Shown: piece by piece, positions 30,720 to 41,192 of the stretch
Position numbering within the stretch: position 1 is the stretch's first letter
How the letters are laid out: each line of letters opens with the position of its first letter
Source: Alphaproteobacteria bacterium
GTDB lineage: Bacteria > Pseudomonadota > Alphaproteobacteria > Bin95
DNA length: 64,000 nt
Reading direction: 5' to 3'
Assembly: GCA_963665325.3 (NCBI GenBank)
Contig: OZ224045.1
Location: forward strand, 736,001-800,000
The notes under the pieces: generated by a model
Told to the model about the DNA's origin: nothing
The model's input: only the letters and a program-made list of their open reading frames with translations
The model's database searches: none
Position numbers and translations under genes: made by a program

Positions 30720-31376
30720 TCAAGCCCGGCGCGCCGCTGGCCGCTTACCGGCCGGGAACGCGAACTCATAGCGGCGCAGAACCTCGAAGGCTTCTCCCTG
30801 CTTCGGCTCGACCATCACCGTCACCGCGTCGACCGACAGCGAAGGCGCCGGCCCGGCGAGCATCGCTTCCGCCTCCGCGCGCTCCCGGTCCAGCCCCGCC
30901 TCATCCAGACCCCCGGTCAGGGTCATGTGAAAGCGGAATGCATCCATGACATAGGGGTAGCCCCAGCGTAGCAGCAGCGCTTCCTGGCGCGAACTAAGGC
31001 CCGTCAGGCGTCGGCGAGCCAGTTCCGCTTCCGTCGCCGGCGCCCGAAACCGGTCGAAGGCGGTCACGCAGTCAGCAGCGAGCCGGTCAAGCTCGTCGCA
31101 CGGCTCAGACGGCGTAAGGGCGAGGAAGCCCGCCAGAACGGAGAGGCGAAGCGGCGGCCCCGAAAACGCCCGGCGCCCGGTCGCAAAGCTCTTGGCCGCA
31201 GACAGCAGTTCGGGCTCGCTTTCACCCGCCTTGAGCCGGAACGGCGCCTTCAGCGTGCCATGGAAGCCGTATCGGCGCGGGGCGTCGAGGCAGGAGACCT
31301 TGCGGGCGAACCAAACCGCGCCAAAGCGCTCCAGCGCGCTTTCCGGCGGCGGCGTGAAGTAGATCGCGTATCTCAA
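30720..31376 (-). CDS. DUF1045 family protein (2H phosphoesterase-like, phosphonate-associated)
   Basis: RYAIYF, RYGFHGTLKAPF, WGYPYV, FRFHMTLTG (two HxT motifs). Confidence 0.85.
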   Translation of the reverse strand: MRYAIYFTPPPESALERFGAVWFARKVSCLDAPRRYGFHGTLKAPFRLKAGESEPELLSAAKSFATGRRAFSGPPLRLSVLAGFLALTPSEPCDELDRLAADCVTAFDRFRAPATEAELARRRLTGLSSRQEALLLRWGYPYVMDAFRFHMTLTGGLDEAGLDRERAEAEAMLAGPAPSLSVDAVTVMVEPKQGEAFEVLRRYEFAFPAGKRPAARRA

Positions 31377-31385
31377 CGCGTGGGC

Positions 31386-31805
31386 CTACTCCGGCTGAGC
31401 GGGCTGCGTTCCCTGCCCCTCCCCGACGACGATGCCCAGGCCTTCGTAAACCGGCGCCAGCCACGGCCATTCCTTCGCGATGGGATGGCGCGCCTCGTAA
31501 CCGACCACGCAAACCGCCAGCGCCAGCAGGCAAAGGACCCAGGTCCACAGGGAGTTCGAGCGCTGTCGCCTTACCGAGCCTGCCGGCACCGGGAGCTGGG
31601 CTCTGTGCGGCGCGGGCTCGGGCTCCGGCGTATCGGCCGGGTGGGAGACCTCGGGTTCGGCGTGGATGACTTCGACGGTGTATCCCGGGGGCTCCGCGTG
31701 CCAGATATATTCGCATCTGCTGCACTTCACCCGCCGTCCCGTCGCGCCCAGCGCCTCGACCTCTACGCGATATCGTGCGATACAGCTTGGACAAATGAGG
31801 ATCAT
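31386..31805 (-). CDS. MJ0042-type zinc-ribbon membrane protein (short form)
   Basis: CPSC...VKCSRC..W zinc ribbon plus one TM helix. Confidence 0.85.
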   Translation of the reverse strand: MILICPSCIARYRVEVEALGATGRRVKCSRCEYIWHAEPPGYTVEVIHAEPEVSHPADTPEPEPAPHRAQLPVPAGSVRRQRSNSLWTWVLCLLALAVCVVGYEARHPIAKEWPWLAPVYEGLGIVVGEGQGTQPAQPE

Positions 31806-31976
31806 GAAAGCGCCTCTGGAATCCCCTGCAGGCGGGGAAAATTTGTATAGGCTGCCGACCGGCTCGAATCAAGGTAAGCGCCACGTGCCGAAAGGCAAAC
31901 GCCGGACTCCTGTCGAGAAGACCGACTGCCGCCCGTTTTCGGCGGCCGCCGGTTCCGCCTGACTGCCGGAACTGCG

Positions 31977-32582
31977 TTGACGAGCCGCTTCATCGCTCTA
32001 TTGCTGCTGCTCGCCGCTCTGTGGATCGGCGGGCTTCTGCGCTTCGTGGCGACGCTGCCGACGCAGGCCGAGGCTCCGGCGCGGAAGACCGATGCTGTCG
32101 TTGTGCTGACGGGCGGCGCCGACCGCGTCGCCGAAGGCATGCGCCTGCTGGCCGACGGCAAGGCCCCGGTCCTCTTCGTCTCCGGCGTCGGCGCCGGCGT
32201 TACGGTGGGGCGCCTGCTGGAACTCTCGGGACGCGGCGCGGATACTGCGCTTGCCTGCTGCATCGAGCTCGGGCACGCGGCGCAGGACACCGTCGGCAAT
32301 GCCGTTGAAGTCGCGGTCTGGGCAGCGAACCGCGAAGCCCGGAGCCTGCGCATCGTGACCGCCGCCTACCACCTGCCCCGTGCACTGCATCTGCTGCGCC
32401 GCACCGCGCCGGGCGTCGAGATGCTGGCGCATCCGGTCGTCCCGGAGACGCTGAAACTGGATGGCTGGTGGCGATGGCCGGGCACGCGGGGGATATTGCT
32501 GCGCGCCTACCACAAATTCCTGCTCGCCCTGACGCTGGACAGTCTCGCCGAGTGGTACGGTTCGACAAGGAACGGCGGGTGA
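31977..32582 (+). CDS. YdcF/DUF218 family protein
   Basis: DAVVVLTGGADR, DTVGNA, IVTAAYHLPRA. Confidence 0.87.
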   Translation: MTSRFIALLLLLAALWIGGLLRFVATLPTQAEAPARKTDAVVVLTGGADRVAEGMRLLADGKAPVLFVSGVGAGVTVGRLLELSGRGADTALACCIELGHAAQDTVGNAVEVAVWAANREARSLRIVTAAYHLPRALHLLRRTAPGVEMLAHPVVPETLKLDGWWRWPGTRGILLRAYHKFLLALTLDSLAEWYGSTRNGG

Positions 32583-33301
32583 CGACGGTTCGCTCGGTGC
32601 TGTTCGCGGCGAGTTTCGTCGCCGCCACGGCCCTGCTTGTCTTCCTGCTGTCTCCGGCGCTTCTCGCTTCGCGCCGCGCCGCGCGCCGGGCCGGCGCCGT
32701 ATGGGGCCACGTCACGATCTTCCTGCTGCGATGCACGGCCGGCATCCGGCATGAAATTCGCGGGCCGTTGCCGCCGCCTGGCTGCATCGTTGCGGCCAAG
32801 CACCAGTCCGCCTGGGAGACGCTGGCGCTGGCGGCGTTGCTTCCCGACCCGGTCTATGTCGTCAAGCGGGAGCTGCTTTCAATCCCCGGCGTCGGCTGGT
32901 ATTTCCGTCGCGCCGGCCAGATCGCGGTAGACCGGCAGGGCGGCGCCTCCGCCCTGCGCCACATGGTGCAAAGAGCCAGGGCCGCGCTGGAGAACGGCGC
33001 CCAAATTGTCGTGTTCCCGGAAGGCACGCGCGTGGCGCCGGGCGAACGGCGGCCCTACCACCCCGGCATCGCCGCGCTTTACCGGGAAACGGGCGCTGCC
33101 GTCGTGCCGGTCGCCCTCAACTCCGGCCGTCACTGGAGCCGGCGCGGCTTCCGCATGCGTCCCGGCACCATCCGGCTCGAATTCCTCGAACCCATCGAAC
33201 CGGGCCTCGCGCGGCGGGCTTTCATGGCGCGCCTCGAGCAGCGGATCGAAGAGGCATGCCGGGATATCGAGGCGGACACCGGGCGCACACGATTGCGCTA
33301 G
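32579..33301 (+). CDS. plsC: 1-acyl-sn-glycerol-3-phosphate acyltransferase family
   Basis: AKHQSAWET, KREL, VFPEGTR, PVALNSG; GTG start overlaps the ydcF stop. Confidence 0.85.
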   Translation: MTTVRSVLFAASFVAATALLVFLLSPALLASRRAARRAGAVWGHVTIFLLRCTAGIRHEIRGPLPPPGCIVAAKHQSAWETLALAALLPDPVYVVKRELLSIPGVGWYFRRAGQIAVDRQGGASALRHMVQRARAALENGAQIVVFPEGTRVAPGERRPYHPGIAALYRETGAAVVPVALNSGRHWSRRGFRMRPGTIRLEFLEPIEPGLARRAFMARLEQRIEEACRDIEADTGRTRLR

Positions 33302-33311
33302 AATAGCGGCC

Positions 33312-34439
33312 ATGACCGTCCAGACACGCCTCCCTGCCGCCTTTATGCGCGGCGGCACATCGAATGCCCTGGTCTTCCACGCCCGGGACCTCCCGGAAGA
33401 GCGGGAGCGGTGGCCGGAACTCTTCTGCGCCGCGATGGGCAGCCCGGATCCGAACGGGCGCCAGCTCGACGGCATGGGCGGCGGCATCTCCTCGCTCTCC
33501 AAGGTCTGCGTCGTCGGCCCGCCCAGCCGGCCGGATGCGGATATCGACTACACCTTCTTCCAGATCGCCGTGGACCGCGCCGAGGCCGATACCTCCGCCA
33601 ACTGCGGAAATATGTCATCCGCCATGGGCCCCTTCGCCTTGGACGAGGGCCTGGTCGTTGCCGGAGACGGCGAGACCGTGGTGCGCATCCACAACACCAA
33701 TACCTCCAGAATCATCCACGCCCGCTTCCCGGTGCAGAATGGCCGCGCGGCCGTCGAAGGCGATTTTTCCCTGCCTGGAGTGGCAGGCACAGGCGCTCCC
33801 GTGCGCCTCGACTTCCTTGACCCCGGTGGCGCCGGCACCGGCAGGCTCCTGCCAACGGGACGGCCGGTGGATCGGCTGGATGTTCCGGGCATCGGGCCTG
33901 TGGATGTTTCCATCGTCGATGCCGCCAATCTGTGCTGCTTCGTCCGCGCATCGGACCTCGGCCTCACCGGCGTCGAGATGCCCGCCGCACTGGACGGAGA
34001 TGCCGAAACGCTGGCCAGGCTGGAAGCCGTGCGCCGGGCAGCAGGAACAGCGGCAGGCCTCGATCCGATCCCGACCGGTATTCCGAAAGTCGGCATGGTT
34101 GCCCCTCCGACCGCCTTTGAATCGCTGTCGGGCGAATACCTCGGCGCGTCGGACATGGACTTTGCCGCGCGGATGGTTTCGGTCGGACGCCCGCATCGCG
34201 CCGTGCCGCTGACCGCCGCCCTCTGCCTGGGAGTCGCAGCATGTATGGAGGGCACGCTGGTTCGGGAGGCGAGCCGCGCATCCGGCGGAAGCGACATCCG
34301 CATTGGCCACCCCTCCGGCGTTGCGCTGGTCGCTGCCGAGGTGTCCGGCAGCGGAGCCGAAGCCCGTGCCGAGCGCGCCATTGTCTATCGCACGGCGCGC
34401 CGGCTGATGGACGGCTTCGTCTATGCGCCCAAGCGGTAG
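33312..34439 (+). CDS. prpF: PrpF/AcnD-accessory family isomerase
   Basis: MRGGTS, QLDGMGGGISSLSK, NCGNMSS, HPSG, RTARRLMDG. Confidence 0.87.
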   Translation: MTVQTRLPAAFMRGGTSNALVFHARDLPEERERWPELFCAAMGSPDPNGRQLDGMGGGISSLSKVCVVGPPSRPDADIDYTFFQIAVDRAEADTSANCGNMSSAMGPFALDEGLVVAGDGETVVRIHNTNTSRIIHARFPVQNGRAAVEGDFSLPGVAGTGAPVRLDFLDPGGAGTGRLLPTGRPVDRLDVPGIGPVDVSIVDAANLCCFVRASDLGLTGVEMPAALDGDAETLARLEAVRRAAGTAAGLDPIPTGIPKVGMVAPPTAFESLSGEYLGASDMDFAARMVSVGRPHRAVPLTAALCLGVAACMEGTLVREASRASGGSDIRIGHPSGVALVAAEVSGSGAEARAERAIVYRTARRLMDGFVYAPKR

Positions 34440-34454
34440 CCTGCGGCCCTCCGG

Positions 34455-36050
34455 CTAACCCGACCTCGCCTCGGCAAGCGAGCCCGGAGTGTCGATGTCG
34501 CGCAATATGCCGGCGTCCGGCATAGGCACCTCGACGAGCAGGTCTCCGTTTGCCCCGATCAGGTGTTTGGCGCCCACATCGCCGGAGACGGCGCGCATCT
34601 CCGCAAACAGTTCCCGGCCCCAGAGCACGGGATTGCCGCGCTTGCCGTTGAAGGTCGGCACGCAGATCGACCGCCCTTCCACCGGGTTGAAGGCTGCGAT
34701 CAGGCGGTCGATATGGACAGCCGACACGAAAGGCATGTCACCCAGCAGCACCACCGCGCCGTCGATATCCTCGGGCAACGCGGCGATCCCTGCGGCGAGC
34801 GATGTCGAGAGTCCGTCCGCATAGTCCGGATTGTGGACGGTCGGCGCATCGACGGCCGCCTCGATACGCTCCCGCTCATGGCCGGTCACCACCAGCAGGG
34901 AGGCCGCCTGCGAGGCGCGCGCCGCCTCCAATGCCCGCTGCAGCATGGCGGCTCCGTCCACCTCGGCCAGCAGCTTGTTCGCCGGGCCCATGCGCCGGGA
35001 CTGCCCCGCGGCCAGAACGACGGCGGCGATACGCGGCAATCGGACGGGCTCGGCCGCCGCCCGGTCGCGCACCCGGGGCTGCGGCCGCGTCGGAATGTCG
35101 ATCAGGAGCCCGCCGACACCCATCGACATGATCTCGCGCCTGCCAATCTCGAGGCCCGCCGCAAGACGCTGGAGCACCCAGTCGAAACCGTTGGACTTGG
35201 GCGAGCGGGCGCAACCCGGCAGGCCGATGACCGGCACCGGACCCACTCGCCCGACCAGCAACAGGTTGCCGGGGTCGACCGGCATCCCGAAATGGTCGAT
35301 TTCGCCGCCTGCCGCCTCGATGGCCGCAGGCAATACGTCGCGCCGGTCCACGATAGCCGAGGCGCCCGCAATCAGCAGGATGTCCGGGCCTTGGCCCAGG
35401 CTCTCCCCTATCGCCTTCGCAAGCGCCGCCTCGTCATGCGCGGCGCGGCGCTCGTCGATCAGCTCTCCGTCCAGGGCTTCGACGCGCCCGCGGGTGATGT
35501 TGACCGTCTTGTCGAGCACGCTCGGCTTGACGCTCGGCAGCTCCGTCTGGATCAGCGCAACCCGTTTCGCCTCCAGCTTGTGCAGCGCCAGCAACGGGCC
35601 CTCGACACGCCGAACCGCCTCGTCGGGAGCGGCGAACGGGATGATCTTCACCGTCGCCACCATCTGGCGGCGCTCGACCAGGCTGTATGGCGGAAGCGTC
35701 GCCAGGGTAACGCTTTCGTCGAGCAGGTTCAGCCGGTCCACACGATCCGCCTCGACGGTCAGCACGCCGCGTTCCTCGGCGAAAAGGTTGACGCGCCCGG
35801 TGAACGGCGCCGCGACCTCCAGCCCCTCGCCCGCAACCGCTGCCGCGATCGCGGCCGCCGCGCTGTCCTCGTCCATGTCGCCCGGCTCGAACCGGGCTGC
35901 CGTGACCGTCTCGACGCCCGCTTGCGCCAGCACTTCCAGGTCCTCAACCGACAGCAGCCGCCCCTTGCGGAAGACCGCCCGCTCCACCCGAACGGAGTGC
36001 GCCAGCAGCGCTCCCCCGGCATCCTTCAGCGCGAGCAACCCGAATTTCAT
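34455..36050 (-). CDS. Molybdopterin-binding domain fused to MocA-like NTP transferase
   Basis: GMPVDPGNLL and GLPGCARSP, then LAAGQSRRMG..NKLL, LGDMP, GNPV, DIDTP. Confidence 0.88.
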   Translation of the reverse strand: MKFGLLALKDAGGALLAHSVRVERAVFRKGRLLSVEDLEVLAQAGVETVTAARFEPGDMDEDSAAAAIAAAVAGEGLEVAAPFTGRVNLFAEERGVLTVEADRVDRLNLLDESVTLATLPPYSLVERRQMVATVKIIPFAAPDEAVRRVEGPLLALHKLEAKRVALIQTELPSVKPSVLDKTVNITRGRVEALDGELIDERRAAHDEAALAKAIGESLGQGPDILLIAGASAIVDRRDVLPAAIEAAGGEIDHFGMPVDPGNLLLVGRVGPVPVIGLPGCARSPKSNGFDWVLQRLAAGLEIGRREIMSMGVGGLLIDIPTRPQPRVRDRAAAEPVRLPRIAAVVLAAGQSRRMGPANKLLAEVDGAAMLQRALEAARASQAASLLVVTGHERERIEAAVDAPTVHNPDYADGLSTSLAAGIAALPEDIDGAVVLLGDMPFVSAVHIDRLIAAFNPVEGRSICVPTFNGKRGNPVLWGRELFAEMRAVSGDVGAKHLIGANGDLLVEVPMPDAGILRDIDTPGSLAEARSG

Positions 36051-36724
36051 CCGTAGAGCGCCTCCGTCATCTGCGCCGCGATTGCGAGCGCAATCTCGGC
36101 CGGCGCGCGGCCGCCGAGATTGAGGCCGATGGGAGCGTTGATACGCCCAATGGCGGCTTCGTCGAACCCGGCCTCGACCAAGCGCTCGACCCGCTTCGCA
36201 TGCGTCCTCCGGCTGCCGAGCGCACCGATATAGAACGCCTCCGAGCGCAGCGCGACATGCAGTGCCGGGTCGTCCAGCTTGGGATCGTGGGTGAGCGTCA
36301 CCACCGCCGTGCGCCCGTCAACGTCCAGGGCTTCGAGCGCATCGTCGGGCCACTCGTCGCAAATCGCGACATCGGGGAAACGCTGGGCCGTGGCAAAAGC
36401 GCCGCGCGGATCGACCAACGTGACATCGTAGCCGAGGCCGGACGCCATCCCGATCAGCGGCTGCGAGATATGCACGGCGCCCACGACAATCAAACGCAGC
36501 GGCGGGTTGAACACCTGCACGAACCAGCGCCCGCCCTCATGCTCGAAATCGTGGCTTCGGTTCTGTTTCAGCGCGGTGAGGGCGACGGCAAGCACCGGCT
36601 CGGGCACAGGCCCTTCGCCGTCCTCCACGACCGCGTCCACACTACCGTCCAGAGCGGCAACGCGCGCCACCGGCCGCCGTTCAGCGCGCGCAGCACGCAA
36701 CCGGTCGAGCGTCTCCGCCTTCAT
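36047..36724 (-). CDS. XdhC family protein, C-terminal Rossmann part
   Basis: VGAVHISQ, THDPKLDD, YIGALGSRRT, PIGL, PAEIA. Confidence 0.9.
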   Translation of the reverse strand: MKAETLDRLRAARAERRPVARVAALDGSVDAVVEDGEGPVPEPVLAVALTALKQNRSHDFEHEGGRWFVQVFNPPLRLIVVGAVHISQPLIGMASGLGYDVTLVDPRGAFATAQRFPDVAICDEWPDDALEALDVDGRTAVVTLTHDPKLDDPALHVALRSEAFYIGALGSRRTHAKRVERLVEAGFDEAAIGRINAPIGLNLGGRAPAEIALAIAAQMTEALYG

Positions 36725-37056
36725 GCCAGCTTCTCTACGAACACCTCTATCGACCCGCCGCAGGCGAGCCCGACTTCCCAGGCTTCCTCGTCGCTCACGC
36801 CGAAATCGAGAAGGCGCGGCTTGCCGTCAGAGATGGCGCTTTGCGCTTCCATCACCACCGCACCCTCGATGCATCCGCCGGAGACCGAGCCCTCGAAGGC
36901 GCCGCTGTCGTCCACCACGAGCTGGCTGCCGACCGCGCGCGGCGACGACCCCCAGGTCTTGACCACGGTGGCCAGCGCAACGCCCTTACCCGCCGCTGCC
37001 CAGGCCGCCGCCATGTCCAGGATTGCGTCCCCTTCGCCTACAGCCGCGTCAGCCAT
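36721..37056 (-). CDS. XdhC/CoxI family protein, N-terminal part
   Basis: ATVVKTWGSSPR, GSVSGGCIE, VGLACGG. Confidence 0.9.
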   Translation of the reverse strand: MADAAVGEGDAILDMAAAWAAAGKGVALATVVKTWGSSPRAVGSQLVVDDSGAFEGSVSGGCIEGAVVMEAQSAISDGKPRLLDFGVSDEEAWEVGLACGGSIEVFVEKLA

Positions 37057-38243
37057 TCGCTCACTCCCTCCTGCCGGCGGGCCGGCTCGCGCCCGAGCGC
37101 GACGGCCAGATCCTCAAGACTATCGAGATTGTGCGCCGGGCGGAATTCGTCAACATGCGGCATCAGCGCGACCGCACCGCGCGTGCGCGGCTCATACGCA
37201 TCGTAGCGCAGCAACGGGTTGAGCCAGACCAGCCGGCGGCAGGACTTGTGCAGGCGCTCGATTTCCTGCGCGAGCCCTTCGCCCGAATCGCGGTCGAGCC
37301 CGTCGCTGATGAGAAGCACTACCGCGCCCTGCCCCAGCACGCGGCGCGACCAGAGCCGATTGAAAGTCCGGAGCGAGGCGCCGATGCGCGTGCCGCCGGA
37401 CCAGTCCTCGACCGTGCCCGCGACGCCCGCGAGCGCCGTATCTACATCCCTCTGGCGAAGCTGGCGGGTGACATTGGTCAACCGCGTGCCGAACAGGAAG
37501 CAATGCACCCGGTCGCGGTCATTGGTCACGGCGTGCATGAAGTGCAGCAGCATCCGGGAATAGCGCGCCATCGAGCCGGAAATGTCGCAGATCACCACCA
37601 GCGGCGGCGGCCGGCGCAGGCGGCGCCTGCGGCGGAGCGCCACGAAATCGCCGCCGGTGCGCATCGCCCCGCGCAAGGTTGCGCGCAGGTCGGGCCGCCG
37701 CCCCCGCGGATGCAGCCGGAAGCGCCGCGCGGGCACAGGCCGGAGCGGCAGGCGCATCTTCGCCATGGCGCGCTTCGCCGCCTCCTGCTCTGCCAGCGAC
37801 ATGGTCTCGAAATCCATCGCCCGGAGCACCTCGCGGTCCGACCAGGTGAGCTCCGCGTGAATCTCAACCTCCTCGTCCCCCTCACGCTCGCGAAGTCCGG
37901 TTTCCTGCGGCGTCAGCGCCTCCGCGAGACGGCGCGCCAGCGGCTCGGATTCCTCTGCGCCGGTTTCGACGCTGGAGGTCGGGATGACCAGCGACATCAT
38001 CCGATCCAGCAGGCGCGGATTGCGCCAGAAAATGTGGAACGCCTGGTCGAACAATTCCCGCTGACCGCGCCGGTTGACCAGCGCAGCATGCAGCGCCCAG
38101 TAGAACTGCGCCCGATCGGCGACATCGACGGCCGAGGCCGCTTCGATGGCCTTCAGCACCTGGTCTGGGCCGACCGGCAGGCCGGCAGTGCGGAGCACCC
38201 GGCCGAAATGCATGATGTTCTCGGGCAGCCGCCCGCCGTTCAT
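37038..38243 (-). CDS. VWA domain protein, CoxE-like
   Basis: MIDAS motif CDISGSM, FGTRLT, GGTRIG, SDGLD, WLNPL. Confidence 0.9.
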   Translation of the reverse strand: MNGGRLPENIMHFGRVLRTAGLPVGPDQVLKAIEAASAVDVADRAQFYWALHAALVNRRGQRELFDQAFHIFWRNPRLLDRMMSLVIPTSSVETGAEESEPLARRLAEALTPQETGLREREGDEEVEIHAELTWSDREVLRAMDFETMSLAEQEAAKRAMAKMRLPLRPVPARRFRLHPRGRRPDLRATLRGAMRTGGDFVALRRRRRLRRPPPLVVICDISGSMARYSRMLLHFMHAVTNDRDRVHCFLFGTRLTNVTRQLRQRDVDTALAGVAGTVEDWSGGTRIGASLRTFNRLWSRRVLGQGAVVLLISDGLDRDSGEGLAQEIERLHKSCRRLVWLNPLLRYDAYEPRTRGAVALMPHVDEFRPAHNLDSLEDLAVALGREPARRQEGVSEWLTRL

Positions 38244-39169
38244 GCCGCCCCCGCGGCTGCAAGTTCGACACGCACTTCGTTCAGGATGCGCTCGGCCTCG
38301 CTCCCCTGCATGCGCGCGATGTCGTCCTGGTATTTGAGCAGCACGCCGAGCGTGTCGTTCACCGCTGCCGGGTCCAGCGCGACGGCGTCGAGCTGCATCA
38401 ACGCATGAACCCAGTCGATGGTCTCGGCGATCCCCGGCAGCTTGAAGAGGTCGAGCTCCCGAACCTTCTGCACATAGCCGACGACCTGACGCGAGAGATC
38501 GGCGGGCGCGCCTGGCGCCTTACGGCGCAGGATGTCCAGTTCGCGCCGCGCGTCGGGATAGCCTACCCAGTGGTAGAAGCAGCGCCGCTTGAGCGCGTCG
38601 TGGATTTCGCGCGTGCGGTTGGAAGTGATGACGACGGCCGGCGGAACCGCCGCTGCAATCGGGCCGATCTCCGGCACCGTTACCTGGAAATCGGACAGCA
38701 CCTCCAGCAGATAGGCCTCGAACGGCTCGTCCGTGCGGTCCAGTTCGTCGATGAGCAGCACGGGCGGCTCGGCATCACCGCTGCGCAAGGCTTGCAGCAA
38801 AGGACGCTCGATCAGGAAGTCGGGCCCGAAGAGGTCGCGGCCCAGCCGCGTGCGGTCGGTTTCGCCGGACGCCTCGGCCAGCCTGATCTCAATCATCTGG
38901 CGGGCGTAGTTCCACTCATAGACGGCGGACGCCACATCGAGGCCTTCATAGCATTGCAGGCGGATCAGCCGGCGGCCGAGCGTTGCCGCCAGCACCTTGG
39001 CGATCTCCGTCTTGCCGACCCCGGCCTCGCCTTCGAGGAACAGCGGCCTGTCGAGTTTCAGCGACAGGAACACTGCCGTCGCCAGCGCTGTGTCCGAAAC
39101 ATAGTCGCCGGCTTCGAGGAGTTCGCCGGTCTCGACGACGGACTGGGGCAGAGCCCTTCCGGTTTGCAT
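38240..39169 (-). CDS. MoxR-type AAA+ ATPase, CoxD-like
   Basis: [38 protein letters not shown]. Confidence 0.9.
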   Translation of the reverse strand: MQTGRALPQSVVETGELLEAGDYVSDTALATAVFLSLKLDRPLFLEGEAGVGKTEIAKVLAATLGRRLIRLQCYEGLDVASAVYEWNYARQMIEIRLAEASGETDRTRLGRDLFGPDFLIERPLLQALRSGDAEPPVLLIDELDRTDEPFEAYLLEVLSDFQVTVPEIGPIAAAVPPAVVITSNRTREIHDALKRRCFYHWVGYPDARRELDILRRKAPGAPADLSRQVVGYVQKVRELDLFKLPGIAETIDWVHALMQLDAVALDPAAVNDTLGVLLKYQDDIARMQGSEAERILNEVRVELAAAGAA

Positions 39170-39182
39170 GGGAACGATCCGG

Positions 39183-40751
39183 TCAGTGGCGGAAATGGCG
39201 CATCCCGGTGAATACCATGGCGAGGCCGTGCTCGTCCGCCGCCCGGACCACCTCTTCGTCGCGCACCGAGCCGCCAGGCTGCACGACGGCGGTCGCGCCC
39301 GCCTCCGCAGCCGCCAGCAACCCGTCGGCGAACGGAAAGAAGGCATCCGAGGCCACGACCGAGCCCCGCGTTGCCGGAGTCCCGCCGTTTGCAGCGTCCT
39401 CGGCTTTCCGCGCGGCGATGCGGGCGCTGTCCACGCGACTCATCTGGCCCGCGCCGACACCGACCGTCGCTCCGTCCTTCACATAGACGATGGCATTCGA
39501 CTTCACATGCTTGCAGACGGCGAAGGCCACCTTGAGGTCCGCCATTTCCACCTCGCTCGGCGCGCGCCTCGTGACGGTCCGGAACTCACCCGCACGGCCG
39601 TTGTCGCGGCCCTGCAACAGAAACCCGCCCGAAAGCGAACGGAAGGTCATGCCGGACGACAGCGGGTCCGGCACGGCTCCGGTCAACAACAGCCGGAGAT
39701 TGGTTCTGCCGGCGAGTCGTGCGCGGGCTGCCGTATCGGCGCCAGGCGCAATCACCGCTTCGAGAAAGAGCCCGCTCAACCGCTCCGCCAGCGCCGCGTC
39801 GAGCGGACGGTTGACCGCGACGATGCCGCCGAAGGCGCTCACCGGATCGCAGGCGAGCGCCCTGTCCCAGGCCTCGGAAAGATCGTCCGAGACGGCGACG
39901 CCGCAGGGGTTGGCATGCTTGACGATGACGACGGCGGGAGTCTCGAATTCGCTCACGAGCTCGAACGCTGCGTCCACGTCGTTCAAATTGTTGTAGCTGA
40001 GTTCCTTGCCCTGCACCTGCTCGGCTGTGGCGACCCCCGGGCGGCCGCTGCCATCCGTGTAAAAGGCCGCCGACTGGTGCGGATTCTCACCATAGCGCAG
40101 TGTCTGGCGGCGGGCGCCCGACAGCGAAATGCGCGGCGGGAAGGAGCCGCCCGTCCGCTCCGCAAACCAGTTGGAGACCCCCGCATCGTAGGCCGCGGTG
40201 TGCCCGTAGGCCTCGGCGGCGAGCCGGCGGCGGAGCGCCAGCGAGGTCGCGCCATCGGCTTCCATGTCGGCCCGGATGTCGTCCAGGTGCTCCGGGGTAG
40301 TAGCGACGGCGACGAAACGATGGTTCTTGGCGGCAGCGCGGATCAGCGCCGGCCCGCCTATGTCGATGTTCTCGATGCAGGTCTCTTCGTCCGCGCCGCG
40401 CGCCACTGTCTCCGCGAAGGGATACAGATTGACGACCAGCAGATCGATGGGCTCGATGCCATGCGCCGCCATGGCTTCAACATGCGCGGGCTCGTCGCGC
40501 AGCGCCAGCAGCCCGCCATGCAGCGCCGGATGCAGGGTCTTCACCCGCCCGTCCAGCATTTCCGGGAAGCCGGTGCGCTCGGAGACCTCGACAACGGCAA
40601 CGCCGGCGGCGCCCAGTTGCCGGGCCGTGCCGCCTGTGGAGAGGATTTCGACGCCGCGCTCCGCAAGAAAGCGCCCGAACGCCTCCAGCCCCGTCTTGTC
40701 GGACACGGAAATGAGGGCGCGGCGGATCGGTATGCGGTCGCGGGCGGTCAA
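39183..40751 (-). CDS. purH: Bifunctional AICAR transformylase/IMP cyclohydrolase
   Basis: [44 protein letters not shown]; probable TTG start at 40751 with GGAG RBS. Confidence 0.97.
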   Translation of the reverse strand: MTARDRIPIRRALISVSDKTGLEAFGRFLAERGVEILSTGGTARQLGAAGVAVVEVSERTGFPEMLDGRVKTLHPALHGGLLALRDEPAHVEAMAAHGIEPIDLLVVNLYPFAETVARGADEETCIENIDIGGPALIRAAAKNHRFVAVATTPEHLDDIRADMEADGATSLALRRRLAAEAYGHTAAYDAGVSNWFAERTGGSFPPRISLSGARRQTLRYGENPHQSAAFYTDGSGRPGVATAEQVQGKELSYNNLNDVDAAFELVSEFETPAVVIVKHANPCGVAVSDDLSEAWDRALACDPVSAFGGIVAVNRPLDAALAERLSGLFLEAVIAPGADTAARARLAGRTNLRLLLTGAVPDPLSSGMTFRSLSGGFLLQGRDNGRAGEFRTVTRRAPSEVEMADLKVAFAVCKHVKSNAIVYVKDGATVGVGAGQMSRVDSARIAARKAEDAANGGTPATRGSVVASDAFFPFADGLLAAAEAGATAVVQPGGSVRDEEVVRAADEHGLAMVFTGMRHFRH

Positions 40752-40954
40752 CGGGCGGCCCTCCGGCTTCGCGTTTCGCCGCCCCCGATAGCACCCGCCC
40801 GCCCTGCCGTCACGCGGCGGCAATGTCGCGCTTGTCTCGGCATTGCCGCGACATTTCCATGCCACCGGAGAGAGCCGGGACGAGTAGTGCCTTGTGTCCA
40901 GGCTGCTGGAACGACAGTCTGTTCAGTAAATCAGATTTAATTCTCATATGTTGC

Positions 40955-40981
40955 TTGACTACAGAAATTCCGTGCTAGAAT
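40955..40981 (+). promoter_or_regulatory. Candidate sigma70-type promoter facing the integrase genes
   Basis: TTGACT-15 nt-TAGAAT with an extended -10 (TGc TAGAAT) in an AT-rich patch; spacer shorter than consensus. Confidence 0.35.
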
Positions 40982-41192
40982 AAGCTTGAAGGAGGCGGCG
41001 TCCGCGGTCCGCTTCCCGCCCGCGCCGGCCCGGCGCGGAACGATCCCGATTCGACGCACAGGCGAAGTGCACCCTCCGGCTCGCGCGCGCAATCAGGCGC
41101 GCGAACCGCGCCGACGCGCGCCCGCCCGCACACGCGATACCGCACCTTCGGTGCTAACTATCTGACATGATTATGGAATTTTCCCGTTTCCG

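Noticed and set aside
40752-40920. ZMP/ZTP (pfl) riboswitch upstream of purH
   Set aside because: The conserved GACUGGCG and CGCCUGGG elements were not found on the minus strand.
42-40940. Numerous long overlapping or antisense ORFs in the core region (e.g. 42-1043, 1421-2938, 12179-13885, 39168-40940)
   Set aside because: Low-complexity Arg/Pro/Ala-rich translations with no family motifs, overlapping well-supported genes.
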